Shown here one piece after another: positions 45,551 to 55,173 of a stretch of DNA of 64,000 nucleotides (position 1 is its first letter; the number at the start of each line of letters is the position of its first letter). The notes beneath the pieces were generated by a model. It was not told the origin of the DNA. It was given only the letters and a program-made list of their open reading frames with translations, and did no database searches. The position numbers and the translations under genes were made by a program. This stretch comes from Schmidtea nova (lineage: Eukaryota), in assembly GCA_044892505.1 (NCBI GenBank), contig CM097884.1:156178001-156242000 (forward strand), given 5' to 3'.

Positions 45551-48205
45551 CTAAATTCGCCAATTTCGATAAATTTCTACTATTTGTTGTAATTTGCGCA
45601 CAACTTCTTTCCGTCGTTCCCGTTCTTTTTTCTCGTCTTTAGCAGTTTCTCTTGGTGTATCGTCCATTCTGCTAACGTGGATGGTTTGGTGATTATCCCA
45701 TATACCGATTTTATATAGTCGTCTCTCATCGTGATCCCATAATACATGTTCGTTGTATTGTATGATTATGTCGTCTTCCCATTCGTCTTCTGGTTCTCTT
45801 TGCACTAGTGTCTCGTTGATGACATTTATTAATTCTTTAATGGTGCAGTCCGCTACCACTTCGATTTCTTTGGTGTCTTCATTAGGTAACTCTACTGAAA
45901 TTTTTAGATCTGTTATTTTCCCTTGTCTGAACATTGTTTTTCCCATTTTTGCGATTAATTTATCGTGTGAGATTTGTGACCATCTCGTGTGACTTGTGTC
46001 ACGTATGCACTCAATACATCGTTTCAATTTCTCGTATTCGCTTCTCATTAACTCTTTTCTATGTTTTTTGACTTGTGGTATGATTTGTTCTATCAGGGAA
46101 TTTAGATTCTTTCGTAAGACTCGTTCTTTCTCGTATTCTAACCGAGGTTTTATTCTCCTTTCGAAGCACGTGTTTGCCTCCCTTGCAACTTCTTGTAGGT
46201 TTTCTTCTTCCTTTTCATCACATATTGATAATAGGGTTATTTCTCCTGGCCATATACCTGTTTCTACTAAGTGCGTTCTTTTCTTTACGAGTCTATTCTG
46301 CGAATAGATGAATTTGTTTTTATATGAACTCCCTAGTCTGTCCTCTACCCATCTGTAGATATCATCTGTAAATGGAGTTTTGATCCAGATTCTTGGTGTA
46401 GATGTATTTATTATTATTGAGATGGTGTAATTGAGAAGTGGTTCCTCTATTAATTTCCCTACGTATCGATTCAACATGTCTACTTCCCGGTCTTGTAACC
46501 ATTCTTTGTAGTTCATTTGTAATAATGCTTTCATGAATTTCCGATATTGTTTCTTGTCCATGAACTCTTCGTTATATATTACTTCTAGCGAGTTATCTAG
46601 TAATTTCTGGATTTCATCTACTTTTATCTGTGTAGGTTCTGAGGTCTTTATTACTTCTCTCTCTTTATTTTCGTCTTCGGATTCGTTTAATATGTCTCCT
46701 GCTAGGCTACTGATATCACTATCTTCTTCTTCATCGGAAAACTCTCTGGTGGTATTTCTTAACATATTAATATGTGCTGTTTGGTTCGTTTCTCCTTGTA
46801 TATTCTCCGTTGGTTCTGGTTCGTTTTTGTCAATTTCTGGTGTTGGTTCACTCTTGTCCTCTATTACTTCGACTTTTTCCATTTTCTTTCCCAACTCGTC
46901 TATCTCTTTTAAACGTCTTCTTATCATTTTTCCTTCAAATATTCGCCGGATTCGGGTTTCGTGACGTATTGGTGGTGGTATTTCTTCTGGTTCTATTTCT
47001 TTAATTCTCATCACATTTCTTTTTGTTTCTACTACTCCCATGTTTTCCCATATATCCGTTAATTTCAATTTTACTGATGGTGCATCTCCTATTTGTAAGA
47101 ACGCTTCTCTGGGCAGCTTCGTTACTCCTGGAATCATCTGGTTTACTTTGTTGAATAATACTTTCACTTCTTCTTTTACGTTATATTGAAACCTAAACAC
47201 ATGGTCGTTGGGCATTATTACCATCATTCCTTTTTTCCAAATTTTCCTTCTCTCTTCCTGGTTTATCTCAGTTTCCCCTTCCTTTTTTATTTCTTTTTCT
47301 ACTTCTTCATCTTTTTGTACTATCTCTTTTCGACTTTCGTTGTCGGCTGGATTTGGGTCTATCGAATTCATTTCTAGTGTGGTTTCTTTCTCGCGAGTGT
47401 CTGTTTGGTTTGTTGCTCTTAGCATGTTAATTCTTAGAGGTTGTCGTTCTCTTTCTTTCTGTTTTTGTTCATCCTCTCTTTGTATTCTTGCCCATTCCTG
47501 AGCGTGTCGTGCCTGACTTTCTCGATTCAATCGTTCGTTTTCGCTTTCTATTTTTCTCATCATGCTAATTTGCTGTTGATTGGTTTGCGGATTTCCTCTC
47601 GTCGTATTGTTTATAAGTTCCGTCAATCTTTGGACTTCTTGCATTAAATGTATTTCTTTGGGGGTGGTTTTGTTCTGATTATTGTTATTATTGACTTGTT
47701 GGTTCCCATAATCTGGTCGGTTTACGGTATTTGCTTGATTTCCGTAATTTGGTCGGTTCCCATTACTCTGCCAGTTTCCTCGTTGATTACTTTTTTGTCC
47801 GCAATTTCTTGAATAGTGACCAGGTCGTCCGCAATTAAAACAGATTATTGTAGAACATCTGCTTTCCGAGTGTCCTTTAACTCCACATTTTCCGCAATTC
47901 AAATTTTGATAGCATTCTTGCTGCCAGTGTCCTAACTTCCCGCATGTTTTACATTGTTTTGTTTGTCTTTGAGGGTTGTAATTGTTTTGGCTTTCAAAGT
48001 TCTGCACTTAATTTCCTTCATTCCTTCGTTGAGGGGGTGGTCGGTTTAATTGTTGCGAATTTGGAATGTGATTGTTGAGATTTACCTCTGGTTCGGTTTG
48101 TGCTGTGTCCATGGCTAAATAAATTCTGCCCTCACTTCCTATCATATGCAATTCAAATCGGTTAGCTGTTTCTAACGATTGATCTATGGTTTGCATCCTT
48201 GACAT
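45551..48205 (-). CDS. Gag C-terminal part: three CCHC knuckles and extension with ubiquitin-like domain(s); in-frame TAA at 48008-48010
   Basis: CKTCGKLGHWQQEC, CGKCGVKGHSESRC and CFNCGRPGHYSRNC (~47810-47955). UBL-like LKISVELPNEDTKEIEV...TIKEL...L...GIWDNHQTIHV (~45670-45910). Confidence 0.85.
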
Positions 48206-49245
48206 CCTACTTGCGCTCTTATGTCGGGTCTTCTTAATCCTCCTATGAAGATAGCTGCCATTAACTCCTCGTTTATTGGACCTCCATCCTTGAATACCGA
48301 TTTTGCTAATTTTTTCAGTTCGCTCGCGTATACCGCATTAGATTCATTCATCTTTTGTTTCCTCATTGAAAATTCTATGAATGCCTCGCTTAGCACTTTA
48401 TTTATTCCAAATGTTTGTTGGAAAAAGTCCTTTATCGCTGTCCAGCTTGTAGGTGGATTGGTACCATTTTTCGCTTCCAGATATAGGTCCAATGCACTAT
48501 CTTTCAAATATAACTGAATTCTGCTTACCGTTGTTTCAGCTTTCCACTTGCATACCTCCACGAATATGCCAAATTCTTTTAAAAAGGTTTCTAATTTACT
48601 CGCATCTCCGTTAAACGGTTCTCCTGAAAATTTATCCTTTATTTCTTCTCTTGGTTCACCCATTTCAATTCCGCTGTCTTGAGTTATTTTACTTTCGTTT
48701 CCTCTTGTTTCTAGTTCGTTGTTATGTTCGTCTTCCGTTTTACTCGAGCTTGAATCGCTTTCTGTTTCTCTTATTCCTTCGTTATCTGATATTATACTTT
48801 CGTTATCACTCGCGTTGATTTCTATCTCTGGTTCTACCTCGTTTTCTACTTCTTCGATATTATCGTTGTTAGTTTCGTCGATTTCTCCTTCTTGTTCTAT
48901 CTCGTGTTCTATTTCTTCGATATTATCGTTGTTAGTTTCGTCGCTCTCTATTTCACTTGCTTGGTTCTCCTTGGGTTCGGCTTGGTTTTCTTTGTTACTT
49001 GAGCTGTTGCTTATTATTGACAATTTATCGTTTTCGGTAATCGATTTATCTCTTATTATTTTCCTCGATTTACTCCCTTGTGGGTTATCTTTGCCGGCTT
49101 TCTGCTTTTTTGTTGATTTTGTTGTAGTACTGGTTTTGTCTTTTTTGTTAATGTTGCTACCGACTTTCTTTTCCGTTGGCTTTACTACGACACTCTTTGC
49201 TCCTTTTCTCAAGGGGATTACTTTTGTATACTCAATTTTCTTGTC
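48184..49245 (-). CDS. Gag N-terminal/capsid part, no nearby ATG
   Basis: Basic then acidic low-complexity N-terminus. Capsid motifs FNGDASKLETFLKEF...LYLKDSALDLY...SW..IK..F..TF and MHR-like KQKMNESNAVYASELKKL, then FIGGL. Confidence 0.85.
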   Translation of the reverse strand, partial: DKKIEYTKVIPLRKGAKSVVVKPTEKKVGSNINKKDKTSTTTKSTKKQKAGKDNPQGSKSRKIIRDKSITENDKLSIISNSSSNKENQAEPKENQASEIESDETNNDNIEEIEHEIEQEGEIDETNNDNIEEVENEVEPEIEINASDNESIISDNEGIRETESDSSSSKTEDEHNNELETRGNESKITQDSGIEMGEPREEIKDKFSGEPFNGDASKLETFLKEFGIFVEVCKWKAETTVSRIQLYLKDSALDLYLEAKNGTNPPTSWTAIKDFFQQTFGINKVLSEAFIEFSMRKQKMNESNAVYASELKKLAKSVFKDGGPINEELMAAIFIGGLRRPDIRAQVGCQGCKP

Positions 49246-49824
49246 CTATCTCTTATCGTGTTCTGATTCTTCTTGCTTGATTGATTGATTTGATTGATTT
49301 GTATATCTAAAATACAAAGGTCCTCAACGATACATTATTGTTATCGTCGCGCTTTTATTCCCTTTCTTTCGGGATTACTTATTACTGGGTTTTCATTATT
49401 TCCCAATTCCCAGATTCCCCTTTATTTTTAGTCTATTTAAATTATCTATAGACTGGTCACAATTATCTATTTACGTCGTAATAATTATCTATGTTTTATC
49501 AAATCGATTACTTTTCCCACAGTTTCCCAATTTATTGGTCGCTCGAGCGCTCTAATTCCCTGAGTCTTTCTGACTCGTTTACCATTATTTTATCATCTCT
49601 ATTCATTATTCCCTGCTAGCAATCGTTTTACTCATTCTGCCGGTTGCTCCGGTCAGCTCAAATCTCTACTATTCTCCTTGCATGCTTTACTTAAGGTTGC
49701 ATAATCAGCTTTACTCGCATTTTCTTAACTACTGGTGCGCACTACTCTAAATCTCGTCGACGATTATACTATGGGTCTATATTCCCCCTGTTACTATTTA
49801 TCCGGATATCTCTATAATTCACTA

Positions 49825-50085
49825 TGGCTCTTCTGGCCTCAATTTTATATCTCACATGGCTCTATTGGCCTCATTTTACTATCTCAAATGGCTCTATTGG
49901 CCTCAATTTAATCTCTCAAATGGCTCTATTGGCCTCAATTTAATCTCTCAAATGGCTCTATTGGCCTCAATTTAATCTCTCAAATGGCTCTATTGGCCTC
50001 AATTTAATCTCTCAAATGGCTCTCGTGGCCTCAATTTAATCTCTCATAACGCCTAGCTAGGTCATTCACTATGGCTCATTGGCCT
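49825..50085 (-). repeat. 32-bp tandem array (~7 units) containing CCAAT boxes
   Basis: Unit TGGCTCTATTGGCCTCAATTTAATCTCTCAAA at 49857, 49889, 49921, 49953 and 49985 plus degenerate units. The minus strand reads GGCCAATAG. Confidence 0.95.
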
Positions 50086-50086
50086 C

Positions 50087-50409
50087 AACCCTTTTTTTCA
50101 AGGGACAAACCGCTAATAACCCTTTGTTTCAAGGGACAAATCTCCTAACCCTTTGTTTCAAGGGACAAATCTCATAACCCTTTGTTTCAAGGGACAAATC
50201 TCCTAACCCTTTGTTTCAAGGGACAAATCTCATAACCCTTTGTTTCAAGGGACAAATCTCATAACCCTTTGTTTCAAGGGACAAATCTCTTAACCCTTTG
50301 TTTCAAGGGACAAATCTCATAACCCTTTGTTTCAAGGGACAAATCTCCTAACCCTTTGTTTCAAGGGACAAATCTCATAACCCTTTGTTTCAAGGGACAA
50401 ATCTCCTAA
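50087..50409. repeat. 29-bp tandem array (10 units + 1 degenerate)
   Basis: Unit AACCCTTTGTTTCAAGGGACAAATCTC(A/C/T)T with an internal CCCTT/AAGGG inverted repeat and no spacers. Confidence 0.97.
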
Positions 50410-50885
50410 CTTTACTTAACCGGTTAATCACAATTCCCTACTTCGCTAGCGATTAAAATTTCTCAGCTGAGTTATAACTACTTCTATGCGAGCTGACTAT
50501 GCACCTTTTATTCTCTCAGAATTGTCGTTTATCTCTGTATTCTATCATAACTATTCCTGATCAGTCTGCTTCAACTTTTTATTTATTTTTCTCTATGCGC
50601 GCTTTACTCCATCAAGATTTCCCTATCTCTCTCCCCAACCAAAATATACAAAAAGATCGCGTTGGTCCATTAATGCAGGATGTGGTGATCAATCACATCA
50701 CAAAAACTTTCCAACATTTGCGATGGGCCCCTTTCTATACACCTTGAATAAGTTGATCAATCGGTACCTCCCAATGGATTCCTATCGGACTACTTTGCAG
50801 TAGCTCAAAAATTATTTATATATGACAATTGTACCCATGATTTCCTTATTAATAAATCAATAAAATTCCATTCAAATTTCATTTA

Positions 50886-51347
50886 TTATAAATACACAAT
50901 AATTTTATCGTCAATCATCAGGTTGCACATAGGACATAGGTCGCGCTTGCTGGCACATATTTTACAAAAACGAAAATGTCCACAAGGTAAAAACATAATT
51001 TGTATCTCGGTATCCTCGCATATATAGCACTGTCGGTATTTTTTCGCTGCTTCTACCCCTTGCGCCCTCCATCGATTGTATGTTGGGGTTAATTGTTGTC
51101 CTATTTGCCTGAACTTAATGTTTAGTTCTGCATCTTCTAATCGTGCTCTGTACCATTTGTAGCGGGTCTTTATGTCGATTTTACTTGTTCTTTCTGTTAT
51201 CTTTATTAATTCCTCTGTTTCCTCAGTCTGTGTTGTGGGTTCCTGAAATTCAATTTCTCTAAATCGGTTTATTTTCTTGCCAATCGTTTCTAATGTTTCG
51301 CTTTCTGTGTTGAGAAATTCTTCGATTTCCTTCAGTTTTTCCTCCAT
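50886..51347 (-). CDS. 153-aa protein with C-terminal IAP-type RING finger
   Basis: CYICEDTEIQIMFLPCGHFRFCKICASKRDLCPMC...I..KI.VY* matches the C-terminal RING pattern of IAP/MDM2-class E3 ligases. No BIR motif seen. Confidence 0.9.
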   Translation of the reverse strand: MEEKLKEIEEFLNTESETLETIGKKINRFREIEFQEPTTQTEETEELIKITERTSKIDIKTRYKWYRARLEDAELNIKFRQIGQQLTPTYNRWRAQGVEAAKKYRQCYICEDTEIQIMFLPCGHFRFCKICASKRDLCPMCNLMIDDKIIVYL

Positions 51348-51656
51348 TTACTGAATAAATAATTGTTTTTAACTTTGTTATTTTTATCATTTCTAAAGTA
51401 GTAATATGTTTCGTTTTGTATCTTTTGATATTTATCAATCCTCCCCGTGTTTCCGAAAATTGTCGTCCCGACAAATTATGCATGCATTTTGATTTTTAAA
51501 TTCACTTTTGTTCACTGTCGTGTTGTTATTTAATTTTTATACAATAATTTACATTTAATTATAACCTTTCTGTTTTTTATTAAATTAATTGACCTGAGCA
51601 TTTTAAACCTCTCTGCAGATTTTACGTTTACATTTTTCCGATAAAACGAAGTTGAT

Positions 51657-51673
51657 TCCCGGCTGAGCCCCCA
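51657..51673 (-). promoter_or_regulatory. Primer-binding site, tRNA-Pro
   Basis: Minus strand TGGGGGCTCAGCCGGGA, 6 nt from the LTR end, closely resembles the known tRNA-Pro PBS TGGGGGCTCGTCCGGGAT. Confidence 0.88.
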
Positions 51674-52147
51674 AATTTATGCTGGGTTCATGGAGGGGTT
51701 AGATGAAAAATGTTCTAACAATGACTAGGGATCCCTCATCCATGATCATGCATAAAATTGCAATTCTACACTCAAGCGCCCTTGATTATTTCCCTATATA
51801 ATCAAGTTGGTGATGCGCAGGGTGGTTAAACAATGATGGGCAGGTGAGCACTATCGCTAGTACTACTCCCCATTTATGTTTACGGGTTCATTGCTGCCGT
51901 TAGAAGGACTTATGCTTTAATCATCTACTTGTGTATTCCGCGTTAATCTTTCAGAAAATTTATTTTTATCATTTCTCAGTCTGCGAGAAGTATTTCAACG
52001 AATGCTCGCTTAATTATTTTGTTATCTCTATTCGATATTTTGTAAACTGAATTTATACTTTTGTTCTATCTTTATCTAATCATTGGTAAAGTTAATTAAA
52101 TCAATTCAAATGAACGATAAAATTCTTAAGCCAATACAACAATTTAT

Positions 52148-52744
52148 TTAATTTCTAATGAGTTCGGTAAAAACTCCCGCCGGAGGAAAAATCTCCGTCA
52201 ATAATGCCTCCTCGGTCATCTGATGTAGACCATCTACTTGGCTTTGTAATCGCTGGGCAAATAATTTTCTCTGTCTCCGCCGTTTCTGCCCAATGCGCTT
52301 GCGTTTCTGGTGCGCAGTTGCCGGTGAGGTGGTTGAATTTGCTGCAGGAGCTGTCTCATTCCGACTTTCGAGTAGATCGGCGACATCCGTGCCAATGGAA
52401 TTTACCGTCTTCTTTTCGGATGTCCAAGCTTGGTACGTAACCGGACGGATTTGCTCTCTGAGCTCCTTCTCAATATATGAGGCAGTTACGGAATGGAGGC
52501 ATTTTCGGAGTTCTATCTTTGTAGCCTCCCATTCCATTTGGTAATCGGCTGCAGTCTGCTGGGCGCGCTCGGTTTTACTGATTTGCTCCTTCATTCGGGC
52601 CGGAGCAAACCAGCTTTTGCGCAAATATTCAATCTGTGCCTCTGCTTTGATCAATTGTGCCTTGAGGAGACCCAATTCCTTATCCTGGGCTCTCCGAATC
52701 CGCCACATCTTTTCCAATTCTCTCTGCATCAAATCGGGGTTCAT
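52148..52744 (-). CDS. 5'-LTR copy of the 198-aa Arg-rich-motif protein
   Basis: Identical to 25568-26164 except N/D at residue 67. Confidence 0.65.
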   Translation of the reverse strand: MNPDLMQRELEKMWRIRRAQDKELGLLKAQLIKAEAQIEYLRKSWFAPARMKEQISKTERAQQTAADYQMEWEATKIELRKCLHSVTASYIEKELREQIRPVTYQAWTSEKKTVNSIGTDVADLLESRNETAPAANSTTSPATAHQKRKRIGQKRRRQRKLFAQRLQSQVDGLHQMTEEALLTEIFPPAGVFTELIRN

Positions 52745-52935
52745 TCTATAATTTATTCAGGATATTTACTCTATGATTTAATTATATGAAAATTAAAATC
52801 TGATCATAGGATTATTAGGTCACGAATATGAACTATTAAAATGCGAAACAAAACAAAAAAATATATAAATAAAAAACAAAATTCACTAATGAACTATAAT
52901 ATTTTAATACAATTTCAACATTTGTTGATCAGTTT

Positions 52936-53415
52936 TCATCTTCGAAACAAACAATGCAATTCGCTGTTAATCGGTTTCTGACGCAGACGAGCCCAGGAAA
53001 ACGCAGGTTGTCCTTTCTGGCATTCCTTGCCGAACGGTTTTCACGGTAGGAATTCGTGCAGACCCAATCGGCATAGCTCTCGACGGGGGATATGCCCCCA
53101 ATAAATTACACGGCTTGTCCGTCCATCTGTGTCCTTGATCAGTACGACAAGTCGGCCAAATTTGTTCGAGTACGGCCTTTGAGAAATCGGCCAGTTCGGT
53201 CCTCCTCGATAGAGTATTTCATCGTTTCCTCCGTCCCAGATGGAAAACGGGCACTTTCGACCGAACCCCTGTCGCCACTTATATATCTGGCAGTTGAGGG
53301 TTCGCAATATCGATGCCGGTAGATCCTTGAGCTGCGAGATATTTCCATTTCGTAGATTCCCTTGTTCCATATTCCGTAGTTGAGTTAATTGATTCATAAG
53401 TTCAGCTGTCGACAT
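52936..53415 (-). pseudogene. 5'-LTR copy of the 159-aa ORF, premature TGA at 53041-53043
   Basis: A single-base difference from the 3' LTR copy turns CGA into TGA. Confidence 0.6.
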
Positions 53416-55173
53416 CTATATTATATTTATTGGATATAAAATATACGAGTTAAGGGGGAAATTCGTTGCTAATTTAATTATACTGTATATGATCACAAAA
53501 GTTACTTAAAAATAAGATTAATTTGATTTCTCTCCGCCGTGATCTACCACGGTCGGAATAAAGAGTTCATAATTAGTCCTGTGCTATATACAGCATTCAG
53601 GAATTATCACATTTAATCAAGATTTCCGCGCTATATACAGCGGTCGGATTATAACTTGGGAACCGCGCCATATACGACGATCGGCCTATTTTTAGTAACT
53701 AATTTTAATTTGGATTTTCCGACGCATTCCATCGCGATCGGAATTTATCGATATTAAAATTTTGTAGGCGAGATGCTGATTCCGAATGAAATCGGACTTT
53801 GGACTACGTTGGATTTTCTCATTCCAGCGAAATTATTCAAATTTATTTTATTTGTTGCTCACTGTTTTTCCATGCGGGAGGTTCCATTTCAATTCAATTT
53901 ACTAAAATTTAAAGAATGAACATGCCCTACCATGGGGTGTCCCTCCTTATCAATCCGCCCTCCGCAATCTCCCTATTTGGCCCTCGACCTCCGTCCGTTG
54001 TGCAACCCAGAATTAAATAATTAGTAAATGGTCTGTACTAGACTAAAAATTCAATCAAATTTTCTAAATAAAATTCCACATCTAAACTAAATAATAAAAA
54101 GGTTGAACCGCCATGTGAGACCCTGAGGCCCCACAACGACGACTCGGACTCCCTCGCCGCGTGAGCAGCATAGGAAGTATAGCTATATGCATTTAAGTGT
54201 CAATAAAATAATCAATGAAAAAATAAAATAACGTTTACATATAAAATTTTAATTAAATAAAAATCATGGGTACATCATATAAGATAAAAAATAACAAAAT
54301 TACTTCCGTACTTGAATATGTGATTCCTTGTATGAAATTCGGTTTTTTCAAAAATTTACTCAAATCAAAGTTTAGTCTTGATCTTGAGTGAAAAGTAAAC
54401 GTCTATGTCTGTGATTTTTGGATCGGTATTTATACTGATCCGTCTGGTTGGATTGACCAATCAGGATCAGGCCGTCCTTCAAAGTATTTTTATTATTTTA
54501 ATCTAATCTAAACATTATTTTGTTTCCTTTTCCGGTTTCTCGCTGGGTGGTCCTGATTTTCCAAGTAATTGATTAATTATTTGTACTATTATTTTATTTA
54601 ATTCTATTTTTTCTTATTTCAGGCCCCCCTTTGCGGTTGTTTACCGGTTTATTTTCAAAATTTCCTTTTACTGAAAATTTATCAATTATTATTTGTCGTT
54701 TTATTGTTATTTTTAATTTGTTTTTCTTGCTATTTTTATTTTTATTATTTCTTTATTGTTTCATGCTTTTGTTCGTTTTATTGTGTTTTTAGGTGATTTG
54801 GCGGGCCCAACACTTACAATTGTAGAGGTCTCGAATGTTTATAATCAAATCAGAAGTCAAATTTTGTGATTAGATTTTTAATAAAAATTACTAATATATC
54901 CACTGAGCAATTACACCAAATATCACAAATAGTTTATTGATCTTTTATGAATTTATTTTTATAAATGTGTCCTACTGTATGCATGTTCTTTAGTGCGTTC
55001 TATATGTAAATGTTTCTTGATAAAGGTGTTGGACGTTTTTGTACTGTTCATATGATTTAATTTTCTCGCAGAATTACCGTTTGAGATATTTTTTGTCGCA
55101 AAAGTTTTTGGTTTCAAAAAATTTGTGGGCACTTCAATTACTTTTTTATCCCTTTATATTGTTGGGTTATTGG

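Larger units (their letters stand above)
25100..54812 (-). mobile_element. Giant (29,713 bp) envelope-bearing Ty3/Gypsy LTR retroelement with accessory genes
   Basis: Two 3133-bp LTRs with TG...CA ends, a 4-bp TSD CTTA (25096-25099 and 54813-54816), a PBS, and PR-RT-RH-IN order. Confidence 0.97.
51680..54812 (-). repeat. 5' LTR (3133 bp)
   Basis: Direct repeat of 25100-28232, followed on the minus strand by the PBS. Confidence 0.97.

Noticed and set aside
43390-48210. Canonical programmed -1 frameshift signals at the two internal shifts
   Set aside because: No X XXY YYZ heptamer is present at either site, and one shift falls inside capsid and the other inside the envelope ectodomain.
28967-49288. 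Numerous plus-strand ORFs rich in F/L/S/I
   Set aside because: They are antisense shadows of the A-rich minus-strand genes, with no motifs; their hydrophobicity is a compositional artefact.
1666-49335. Alternative genetic code or selenocysteine to explain in-frame stops
   Set aside because: All three stop types occur as interruptions, and intact genes end in TGA (OSGEP), TAA and TAG, so mutation is simpler.
50087-50409. CRISPR-like array of 29-bp partly palindromic repeats
   Set aside because: The repeats are contiguous with no unique spacers, there are no cas genes, and the context is a eukaryotic retroelement.
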